Shown here piece by piece: positions 13,101-24,454 of a DNA stretch of 64,000 nucleotides. The stretch is from Ptychomitrium polyphyllum (Eukaryota). The stretch is taken from positions 3,658,001 to 3,722,000 of the forward strand of contig OZ316775.1 in NCBI GenBank assembly GCA_973851085.1, given 5' to 3'. Numbering within the stretch: the first letter of the stretch is position 1; each line of letters starts with the position of its first letter. The position numbers and the translations under genes are program-made. The notes beneath the pieces were generated by a model that saw nothing but the letters and a program-made list of their open reading frames with translations, was not told the origin of the DNA and searched no databases.

Positions 13101-14231
13101 AAAGATGATTTTGCTTGTATGAAGAAAATGCATCACCAACCTGTTTGTCAAAAATGAATGACTTCCTACATAATTGAAGTTGCCACAAGCACTCACATGT
13201 GGAGATTGAATCAATGATGCTTGCTACCCAACCAGAATCCAATATTCTCCTCTGGCAGTGCCTATCATCTTCAGAAAATTACAAGCCTATGAAAATTACC
13301 AAAATTTTACTGATTTTTCAAACCACTTGAGATTCTAAATAACTGCCAATTTCTGGCTGTGTTTGATAGAACACTGATATTGTGATTTGCAAAAACATAA
13401 TTTTCGCACCAGCCTCTTTGAAACTTGAGTGCAGGTTTGGAATGACCGAGCTACCTACAAGCACAGATAACTCTTGAAACTCATAAAAAATTACAGTTAT
13501 CCTTAAACCACTCATAGGTTTGACTGGATGTATTCTAAGCATAATGTGGCTTCATCATCCTTTCCTCTTCACCTAATGTGGAATTAGGGTCTCTTCACAC
13601 CTTCACGAGAAAGTGAAAAGAGGTCCTTGGAGTTGGTACCGGTTATAGACTCTTGTGCAAGGGCGAGGTTCCCCACTAGTGAAGAATGTTACGACAAACT
13701 CTGGACAAAACTTGGCTCACTTCTGCTAGGCAACTTTTGGGTTATGCTAATTCCAAGCAGGCTATTTGAAGTTAACTTCTACACTTACATAGCAGACTCA
13801 AAATGGCCATCTGGTCATGATAATAAAGTTGGTAGGCGGCCAAGTACCTCTACAGCCCCGTATATCCTCAGCACCAACCTGCCATGACATCATTATAAGC
13901 AGAAAAATTCACCCTTCCGGTACTTACCACGGAACTTTACCTTGCAACTTACCTGCAGAATCTCATGCAGAAACTTACGCCACTCATGCGACCACAGGTA
14001 AACGAAAGGCAGGGCAGTTGATTACCCCAAACTTACTTACACAAGCAAATCAGCATGTCCCAGTAATCTAAAGGTAGAACTAATTTAAGAAGAGGGCCAT
14101 TGCTCAACGAAGAGTCCGAATTTATCAATTAATTAGGGTGGTGTTCAAACTCGACTTTGGCACGGGCCGGCGCTATATTCTAGATGCGAGGCTCGTTCGT
14201 AGCCTCCTGCTGATTGGGGACACTGTCGCAG

Positions 14232-14372
14232 GTGAGAACTTAGATTAATCTTTTGTTATATGGGTGGGGCAGGTAGGGGCAAGTGAGGGCGCCTTGCTAG
14301 CTTCGTAGCACTTGCGTGGTCCTCTACTTGCAGGTTTTGGTTTTTCTGTTATCTCATTATTCTTGGTTGCAG
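14232..14372 (+). other. Possible 5' UTR intron of the kinase gene
   Basis: Strong donor CAG|GTGAG at 14232 and T-rich acceptor ttcttggttgcAG at 14372, upstream of the kinase ORF. Confidence 0.3.
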
Positions 14373-15124
14373 GAACTTCTTCAGGAGACGCACTCAGGTC
14401 AGAGACACTAGAGGTGGGACAATATGCTCCAACTCGGATCTGGCGGTATAGCGGTACTAGTACTAGAGTTAAGAATTGTAGCTGGCCAAAGACTCCCAAA
14501 CTAGTTAGTGATTCGTAACTGTACGGAAGCTGGACTCGCTAGCTGTGAACTCATCGAGGTCATCGATCCTACTACAGAGCTCATCGAATAAAGCTTCACG
14601 CCAGATGTAATGTTGCTGCAGTGAACAGTTCAACTTTCTGATCGGAAACAAGCTTCGCACTGATCGGCTGCGACTAGACTGAGAGACACTAGGGCACCAC
14701 TGGATTTCCAGGTTTATAATTCGTTTCGCAAGTAGCATTCGGTTGGGAGCTTCGAAGAGAATTTACGGGTTAAATGCTTGCATAGACGCTGTTTAATGCG
14801 CAGCTTGTGTGTAAGACTGTGAACTGAAGCAATCCATCGTTGTCGAAGAAGTACTGAAACGAAACGCAATACTAGGTTCAAGCTCCTGGTACAGGAAATC
14901 GCGTAGGACGGAGCCGGAGGTGGATTCTCTGTGTTTTTTTTTTGTTGAAGTTCTGTGAGAGCGTGTGTGTGTATGTGATTTGGGCGCTTTTTGGAAAACT
15001 TCGGTGTTTAGGAGGAAGAGGAGTGGCAGACATAGGGGTGGGAATTGGTTTCTCGGAGAGTCGGAGTCTTCGAGGGATGCTGAGGACGTGGATTTTGGAG
15101 AATGATTTGAAACTGTCGCCGGTG

Positions 15125-18100
15125 ATGAGAGCTTTGATTGGGGAGGCATGGCGGATATGGCGATGGGCGGAGACGAATGCTTGGTTGCTGGCGAGCTTGA
15201 TGGCTATGGCACACGCGAACGGGGAAGCCAATTTTATTAGTACCGACGGCGGCATCGACTTTAGCAAGTCGTCGTTGTTGCCACAGAACCTGGAGCTCAA
15301 GCATAGGAGTCGCACGATGGGAGTGGACTCGGCCGTTGGCAGCTTGTTCTCTCTGTTTTTCATTTTCATCGTGGGAGTCACCACCGGGCTATGGTGGAAA
15401 GCGAATCAGAAAATGGAAATGGCGATGGCGTCGACGTCGAAGGAGATTGTCGTAGCCGAACCTGCAACGCCGCCTTCGTCGACCTCTACGACGATCACAG
15501 GCAACAGCCCGCGCTTGTTCCGAACGTCGACCGTAGGCGCCGTGACGGAGTACACTCTGAAGGAGATTCTCGCCATGACGCACAATTTCGGGAACGAGCT
15601 CGGGCGCGGTGGACAGGGAGTGGTCTACTCTGCGACATCCCTTCCCGACGAGCCTATTGATCGCAAGTTAGCCGTGAAAAAACTACAAAACGCCAGCAAT
15701 GTGCTGCTTCAGAACATCGAGAATCGGAGCCAGGAGGTCATAGAGAAAGAGTTCTGGGGGGAGCTGCATACAATCTCGAAATTGCATCACCGCAACCTCG
15801 TGGCGCTTCTGGGCTTCTGCATCGAGGAAGACGACTTGTTTTTGGTGTATGAGTACATGGCGAAGGGCTCCCTTGATCAGCTCCTGCATCCTAGAAACCT
15901 CGATGGAGCTGTGACGATGAATTGGAAGGCTCGCATGAAGTGTGCGGCCGAGGTTGCGCAAGGATTGGAGTATCTTCATAGCCACGCGGAGCCGTCGCTT
16001 GTCCACCGCGACGTAAAGTCAGGGAACATTCTCTTCGACGAGGATATGCAGGCGAAAATCGCAGATTTCGGCTTGAGCAAGCCCTTACCGACTGGCCATC
16101 AGCCCACAGTTTCTACCCGTGTGCGCGGCACGCATGGCTATGTCGACCCCGTGTACCTCATCAACGGCGTCCCGTGCGACAAGAACGACGTGTACAGCTA
16201 TGGCGTGGTGCTTCTGGAGCTTATAACCGGCCGACGAGCCATTCAGCAAGGCGTTAGTCTGGTGACATGGTGTAAGGATTTTTTTCTTGGCGAGACCGTG
16301 ATGCGGCATTTGGTTACGAAAATGGTTGACATTCGGATCGATCGATCTGAATATTCGGAGGATCAGCTGTATGACGTGGTCAGGGTCGCGCATCAGTGTG
16401 TCGAGGATAGGCAGGAGAATCGGCCTAGTATGAAAGACGTTGTTGTGTGGTTGCATAATGCGAATTGCAAGGAATACTCGAGCTCCGGAAGCAGCAGCCT
16501 CGCGGTAATGAGCGCTGCATTTGCGGTTTCTCCTTTCTTTTTTTCATTCCTTTTGTTTCTTGTACAGTCTTGAACAATTTTTTCTCTAGAAGTTTCTTGA
16601 CGTGGGTGTGTTTTTATTTCTCTGCAGACGACGCTGGACTTCACTACCATCAATGGCTCCAATTGCAGTTCCTTCACGAATCGTTTACAGTGTCCTCAGC
16701 CTCAGCCTCAGCCTACAATGCTTCAGCTTCAGCCACCGGTGTATGCCCGGACGAGCAGCGGGTAAATTTTCTTTAAACCTGATTTTATGCCTGTCTGTGA
16801 CGTTTTTATCGCAATTGAAGAATGTGGACATGAGTCGCTGTTTGTCTTTAGACTGTCGGTGAATGAAGTACTATAGGGAAGCACTCCAAGTAGCAAACGC
16901 TGACATGAAGTTTGTAAAACTCTTGGTATTGGGGGTTGCTTTTTTGTGGTGTAGTGTTGTAGTCGATGTTTGAAACTATCTGGCGGTTCTTTTGCAGGTT
17001 ATCTTCGTACGAGATTGGGGACGGGATGATTCTCGTAAGGTGCACAGTAGGAAACAACCAGAAGATCGCGTTGAGGTGCAAAATCTGGCCGACGCCGAAG
17101 AACATCGGGTTGAATAAGATCGAGGCAACATTGAATGGTGCTTTTCTGTGGAAAAAGGGGCTATGGTGGTACAATGCAAAGAGCAGCCGTGAATTTACGA
17201 TCGATGATGAGATAACACTGATCGCTGAGTGGCACGTAAGTCTGCGAGCTCCTACCGTGCTCAATAGGCACAGCCTTCCTTCGAATGATCCTCGAAGACA
17301 CCAAGGTCCATTCTGCGTTGCATACCTCGCTCTCAAGGCCGAGGATGGGCATGTTCTGATTGAATATACGGGTGACAGGATGCCACTTCCAGAGAACTTG
17401 GTATGTCCTAGTCTATCTATTTAAACTTGTTTATTACATCTTAAAACATTTCCCATTGTTCATATTGTCATGCCTGCTGGTTCTTTAAGTCTATATTTAC
17501 AGTTGCTTCACAAATGTGACATTCATAGCATGTCGTGCCTGACCGCAACTAGGAAGAGTTTCGATATCATCTTCATTGTCGCTATTGAAAGCCAATCAAC
17601 AAGTATTCCAGACGGTTATAGCCACGTTGAGAGCTGTACAGTGTGTGTGAAACATAGTCAGTGTAGCACAAACTCTTTGTATGGCCAGCGTTCTTAGCAT
17701 GTGACACTTGCTAGCATCAGTTTTCAAATAGAAAGTTGACAGTCGGTAGATCAGATCTAGGTCTAATCCATTGAATGCATGGATTTGTAGGCTACGAGAA
17801 GGAAGGCCCCTTCCAAGCGGAGAGTTTCGTGTCGTGAGCAGCCCTGGACATCTGCTGCAGATTTCGCGAACACACAGAGCCAAGCATTAGTCTGTTGTGC
17901 CGCTCCTTGGGCTGCTCATACTTAGTACTGTAAGTCGCTAGATAGGGAACACCTAAACCTTCGTCAGAATATTCAATATGTCCCAGCTTAGTGCATTTGC
18001 TCACGTCAAGGACGCAGCTGGACGCTGTTTGCATTGGTCGCTATTGTTTCTTGAGCTTGGTTAGTGCACATGTGTGCTTTTTTGTTGGTCGGTATTAATG

Positions 18101-18282
18101 TTTCTATGTTCTTGCAGAAGGAGAGCTCTGTAGAGCACAGAGCCGTCAAGGAGAATCAACCTATCAACAATTATCCCATCAAGATGCGCTCGGGTACAAG
18201 TGCAGGTCCTGCTTCAACAGCACGTCGTCATGGTATCAACACACGGAGGGCCATCAAGAACAATTACCCCATCAAGAAATAG
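15125..18282 (+). CDS. Receptor-like Ser/Thr kinase (RLK/Pelle), short ectodomain plus TM, RD kinase, C-terminal DUF868-like domain. Exons 15125-16504, 16628-16761, 16998-17400, 18118-18282 (693 aa; alternative ATG at 15077).
   Basis: Kinase motifs GRGGQGVVY, AVKKL, HRDVKSGN, DFG, GTHGYVDP, DVYSYG, RPSM. TM segment AVGSLFSLFFIFIVGVTTGLWW. GT-AG introns with consistent phases 0, 2, 0 give an uninterrupted frame to TAG at 18280-18282. The last exon is less certain. Confidence 0.85.
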
Positions 18283-21200
18283 CTCTTTAATTTCCTAAAG
18301 AGCTATTCCTCAGATTTTGACCGTAAGCCAGTTTGAAAGATGATGCCAGGACTCATCAACCACGCACTTCATCCAAGACAAACCTACCTGCTAAACCCCC
18401 GCATGGAGCACCAAGAACAAAGCAATAGTGTTGTGAAATACTCAGTTGGCCTCTTCCTGCCTACAGGTCAGCTACATTCCGTTTAATGCAATCCAGGACG
18501 AATTACATGAAGCCCCTTTCCGTAACGCGATGTGGAACTTTCACTACAGTTGACTGCCGTGAGAGTTTGTACAAGCAGATTCTTGTTTATGGTATGGTAC
18601 TCCATCTTCATGTATGTACGTGCTGGAGATTCTCAAATGTCGGTAAACAGCAAGTTGAACTTCGAACCTGACATCAATGAGAATTATTTCTGTCACCCGT
18701 GATTAATTTGCTGCGAGGCAGTGTAGGGTGGCAGTGATCTAAACCTTTAGACCTGGCTGTTGTGAGGTTACGAACTTTAGCTTCACCTCTACACGTTGTG
18801 AATTTCACCTACGATCGGGATATCGTAGGGGTCCTATATAGTTTCATATAGATTCCACAGAAAAAGCTGTTCAGTTGGTCTATGTTCACATATCAGCGAA
18901 GTTGTATAGATGAGAAGGCCTCATCAAGTAGAGGCAATCTCCGAGGCATTGGTTCTTTAAATTCACAAACCAACTAGACGGCTGTACACTGTATAATTAT
19001 TCCTGAAAGCTAGACTTCCTTTGTCTAATGCTTAATTTGTATACTGTGTTCTGTTAGCTTCCGATCATTGCATTACACAGCTTGTGTTCTTTAGTTAAGG
19101 TCACTTTGTTTTCAGTAATGGTAAGAACGATCAGGGGAGATTGACCTGTTCTAAGACTTACACCATGTTCAGTAGGATTTAGTATTAACTCGATTTCTGT
19201 GTGCTGTTATTACATCATCTCTTCTAGTTTGTCCAATTTATCGTTGTATATGGAGAATCTCTTGCTATGCCAAGCGGAATGACTGTGAACCCTCTCCCAC
19301 GTCCTTTAAATTTCCAATGAGGTTACATGAAAAAAACTGTTAGACCATATAATCATTACACGTTTTACTCTCACGAGATTAGCCTGCCAAATTCCAGGCT
19401 TTTAAAGCACAAACTGGTTAACGATTATTGGAAGTTTGGAGCCCAGATAACCACTTTCTGGTTACGAAATTGGCAAAATTGTTCCAGAGAACAAGAGTTA
19501 GACTTTCCTTGATATTGTACATATGTAATGGTACAAATTGCACTCAATTCTTCAAATACATATATGTATAATGGTGTTTTAAACCAAATACTTGTATATA
19601 CACAATACCTTCAAATATATAAATTATATATTGTTGTAGTGTTTTATTTTGTTTTATTGTTTTATTATTATATTGTTTTATTGAAAATACATTTAATTTT
19701 GTAGACTCTAATGTGTTGTAAGTGCTAATTCAAATGGATCTTTACTATTCATGATTATATAAATATGCAAGTAATATATGCAAGTAACATAGACTTAACA
19801 TATATGATAATTGAAAATATGTAGTAACTTTTGTACAAATGTGATTTATAAGTGCCACATTAGACATAGTATGTAAGGCATCTATTATATTTTATACCTT
19901 CGATTTTCTCATAATTATTTTATGTATTTTGAATTTTTGAAATTTGTTTTATCTTCAATACTAAAAAAATGCACTGCAAATACATAGCCAAATGCCTCAA
20001 TGTAACAAAAAAATATTTTAAACTTTCCAAAAACATCAAGCTGTAGTTTATTTCATTTTCTTGTTTTTTTTATCACTACATGGAAATCCAACCTTCTAGG
20101 ATTTGTAAATGTATCAAATAAATTCATTTGTTTTCATTTCCCTTTTCTGAAAAAACCACACATCAAAATTTGAAAGTTAAATTGCAACCAAAAATACCAT
20201 CAGACTAGCACTAACTTTTTTTAACCATTACAAAGGAGCTGACTTGCTAACCTTGGAGTAAGACCATCTAATCAACCACCTTTTGGCTGTCTAGGACAGA
20301 AAGGGTTAAGGATCTGAATTTGTCCCCAGTGGTATGAGAATTTGAGAAATGTAAGGAAGTTTGCTCAAGTCGTATGCAAATGTGGACTCTTGAAAGACTC
20401 TGGAGGAACAAACGACTTCAGAAATCATAAAGATGGAAAGTAGGTGAGGAAAAACAGAGAACCTGCTCATTTCTTCTATTAAGTTGTAGGAGTTCATCTT
20501 GTTCATCACAGAAAAGCTTGGTTCAGTTATCGTAAAACGTTTCCTGACGTATATTGCGCCAGGACCTACAGTATTTGCTTCTTTCTTTTTCAAAATAGAG
20601 TCTGAGGATCACTAATCCATTACTCTGGGACTTATACTTATCCAGTTTGGTTCTCCTTGGAAGCCACGAATGTTCGTGTCCTCCACAGCATAATGTGCGA
20701 GTATTTGATCGATTAATAAAGAACAAAAGTTCCAGTTGTAAGCTTGGATCGTATGCAATGTATAGTTAGTTGCTTGTCGATGTCCCTGATTCTACTTTTG
20801 AACTTTTGAAGAGGTTATCTTGCTTTCAGGATGTAGCTATTGCGGTGCACTTCAACTAGTAGAACCAACAAGGATAGGAACGTGAGTGTATAACGTCAAA
20901 GCTGGTGGTCACTTTGCCAGGCGCTGAGAACTTGCACATGTAAGTTCCGAGGAAATCTAGTCGAAGAGAGAAAGAGAACGATCCTCTTCTGCCGCAGTGA
21001 AGTGATCGAGTTCCCGTATCTTGGCCATCTTTCATTCAATGCATGATCACAGGGTGTCAGGGCTGAAACCAATTTTGGAACCCACCATCTAGCCACCACC
21101 TTAGTGGTGAGAACAGCACAAGAACGATCACGTTGATGATACAGAGGCCATCTTAGAATCGGGAGGAGCTCGGCCTTCTCATATTTGTTTCCTCCATATA

Positions 21201-23832
21201 ACCACAAGATATTCAGTTAAGCACAAGCTGTTACTTCATACGTAAATGTCACACATTTGGACCAGAAACAAGGTTGAAGAGCTCTCAACTAGAGGAGAAG
21301 CAGATTAAACTACAGAACAAGGAAAATGTGCAGAAACTTTGAATCAATTGCATACATATGCCACAAGTGCCAAATACAGGAATATGTGCCCTAGGCAAGA
21401 AGTACACACAAGTACAAGCAACACAAGTAATGCACTCATATGAAACTCTGTAAGAAAGTTAGGTAATGTTTGAAGTGCCCCGCAACAAGTAGAGTTGTAC
21501 GGGAGTCAGTACCAATTGGGAAAGCGAAGATTAAGAAATAATGTCCAGTAGGAATGCAACTTGAAATCACTTTGTGATGACATGCTTTCTACTTATGCTT
21601 CAAAGGAGCCTTAACCTGTACTGTACGCAACATGTTTGTGACTAACTTATACTAGTTTGCAACAATTGACACCTTGGTTGAAGACGAAGCCAATGCTTTA
21701 TGTACAGTATATTCTAGACGTCCACTTCTAATATCATCTTTTGGTCACACAGAAAACTACAGAGTCTGTACAGACTCCTAACAAACTTCCTAGAAATTGT
21801 TTACATTGTGGCTGACATATAGATGCTTCCTTTCTAAAGTGCAAGTAGCTTACACTCAATATGAACTCTCTCCTCAGCTGTAGTGGTGTTGTTTGTGCTA
21901 TTATTTGTACAAAATGAAATTTAAGAAGTCAACGGATGTCAGATCAGCATTTCTGATGCATAGAATGCCAAAATAGCAACATTGATTTTTAAAGTAAATA
22001 CTAACAACCGTCCAAAGTAGTGATAAATTCATATCTTTATGATCCATTTTCTCTAAATTTTATGGTTTGTATTGTTTTAGAAAGAAAATCATGGTTACTA
22101 GGATATATTTAAATTAGTAGGTTTAGCAATTTCAAATGTTGTATTATTAGTTTTGTTAAATGAAACCTTCATCACACATTGTAGATTCTTGAAGTGAATT
22201 AAAGTTCTATCACTTCTTTGACTATGTATCATATAAAGTAAATAAAGCAAAAAAGTAACCTTACTTCTTATGCTATGTTTTGCACTTTCTTCCTTGTATT
22301 TTATGAGACTAAACATGTCAAAATATTTTGCACACTATTATAACATGAGACTTGGTCTTAAAGCCATTTTAAACCAAATTGGTATATTTAATAAAATACA
22401 TGATGAATTTTGTAAGTGTACACGTACACTACCAAAAGTAAGAATTGATGAAGACATTGTTTTATGATATTGATGTGTTTCAAACAAAACGAAGACATTA
22501 TTTTGAGACAATATAGTAATTTAAAAAACATTGTAATCAACCCTTGTTTTTTGGTTTTGGTGGTGAGATCATAACATGAATAATAATGTGGGAGTAGAAC
22601 CAAGCAAGCCCAAGGAGGTGAAGGAAGGAGTTGCACCCAAAACCAAGCTCCTTCAGAAGAGAGTATGTGAAAGTTATGAAGGCTATCGGACTTATCACAG
22701 TCAACGACAATGATGCCACACAGGATTTGAGACCACAGTTGTGAATATCTGAACCTTGTGGACCACCAAGGAGAAATTACTTTGCTACTTATAGTTTTAT
22801 TTAGACTATTACTATAAGAGTTTAAAGTTTATCTTCATTGAGATGAAGTAAAGCTATTATCCTGTCAATGGTAGAGATCATGTGCTTTTCTACAGTACTT
22901 ACATATCAGTAGCAGTGTTTTAAGTCACAAATTGCACCAACCAGCTCTATGTGACCTAGCCTTTAGTTTTAGCAAATGCATCCACTTGCATCCATGACTG
23001 TAATTTGTTTGACTGGGTAATCTGAAGCTTCGACTCTATTGCAGTGAAATCTAACTGTAGTGTAGCAGGATTAAACATACAAGAATGGCCTTCACTACTA
23101 TGCTATGTTGAGTCATAAAGCTCCAAAAAAATCCTGGTGAGGACAGACGAATGCTCAAAACACATGGTCACTAAAATCTCTGTTGCATGGATCAAAACAA
23201 TTCTTCCATGTTTAAAGTAATTTATTCCCTACTACATCTAATATAGAACTACACATAGTAGTAACCTGTTACCAAAAGGTGAAGTTTCACACCACCAAAG
23301 AAAATTAAGGACACCTGACTCAATACAAGAATTTATGTGTAATAGGGAACCCTTCTTCTTTCCAGTGGTAGCTGTACTTCAAGGATCCACTCATTTCTGG
23401 AGGTATTATTTTGCTGTCTAGGATAGTGAGTAGAGTTCTCTGCATTTCTCTGAGCCATTGTTGTGTATTTTTCATTTCTCTGTCAAGAATTGATTGAGGG
23501 TTAGTTATAACTTGCTCATGATTAATGCAGCAGTAGATGCAGCTTGCTTTCTTGATGCTTGCCTTGATATTTGTCCTGATGCAAGTCCTTTACAAGTGTA
23601 ATCTTACCCCTTTAAAGTGATATCAAATATCACTTTGAATTTTCAGTGATTGATCTAATTTGCATGAATCCATTGCTACTCAAATATGGGTCAAGCAGGA
23701 TTAGTGTGTGATAATCTTCGGAATTCTTGGCTGGATCCCTGTTGCTGTACTAGAACTGCAGAGCAGAAATTGTGGAAAAGCTAGCATGTTTGCAACTTCG
23801 AAGTTGCCAATATGCTACTCGAAGTTGCAGGG

Positions 23833-24454
23833 TGCTCCTGGTGCAAATTGCAAATTGTTGAAGAATAATTATCAACATCAACTATCATATAATTTCATCT
23901 CCTTTGTAACACAAAATACTCTCACCCTTTATATATTGTAATTAAGATTACACACTCCACATCTATAACTCTATAACTTTACGTAAACTCCATGGCACTA
24001 CTTAAATTCCATAATATTATGTAAATTCTACAACACTCTCTTTATCACATAATACAAGGTTGTCAAATGATTCTCTAGTGTCTGTGCATTTGACCACAAC
24101 CTCTTTATATACTAGAACTCATAAAGATTTTTCTAACACTGTTTCCATTATTCTATTATATTTCTAATAAAAAGTCAATCAAATTTATCTTAAGATTTGT
24201 CATTAAGTGGACTTTAACCTTGTTGCCTACCATAAGTCAAGGCTTTTATTAACATAGTTAATACAAGTATTTTAAAAGCTATAAGTATCTTTAGAGCTAC
24301 AAGTATTGTTAAAGCTACAAATAAATCCAACTTAACATTGTTTTATTAGATGAACTTTGTTAGTTCATGAATTTAAGTGGCCATAAGATAGTCCATCCAT
24401 TTAGGTCTTTTAGGAGCTAATAGTCCATTTGTATAGGTTCTTCAAAAGCTAACA
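23833..24454 (-). repeat. Solo LTR of family A
   Basis: Colinear match to 2960-3522 (ctttgtaacacaaaatac.ctcaccctttatatattgtaat...; tttctaataaaaagtcaatcaaattt). Ends ...AAAGCTAACA. Left boundary approximate; no TSD found. Confidence 0.8.

Noticed and set aside
14942..15076. N-terminal extension of the kinase ORF in the ORF track
   Set aside because: Starts at TTG after a poly-T run; the first ATGs are at 15077 and 15125.
16505..16573. Hydrophobic C-terminal tail of the 543-aa ORF (VMSAAFAVSPFFFSFLLFLVQS) as a second TM helix
   Set aside because: It starts exactly at a GT donor and is T-rich intron sequence; splicing gives a longer continuous frame.
14793..17352. Multiple antisense and alternative-frame ORFs over the kinase (and likewise over the ERF gene)
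   Set aside because: Expected shadow ORFs of GC-rich coding sequence, with no domain signatures.
20306..22760. Exon-like fragments (coiled-coil- and RING-like peptides)
   Set aside because: Frequent stops, no consistent frame and no convincing motif.
23792..23807. Perfect 16-bp palindrome GCAACTTCGAAGTTGC next to the solo LTR
   Set aside because: A single short palindrome is within chance for 64 kb, and there is no supporting context.
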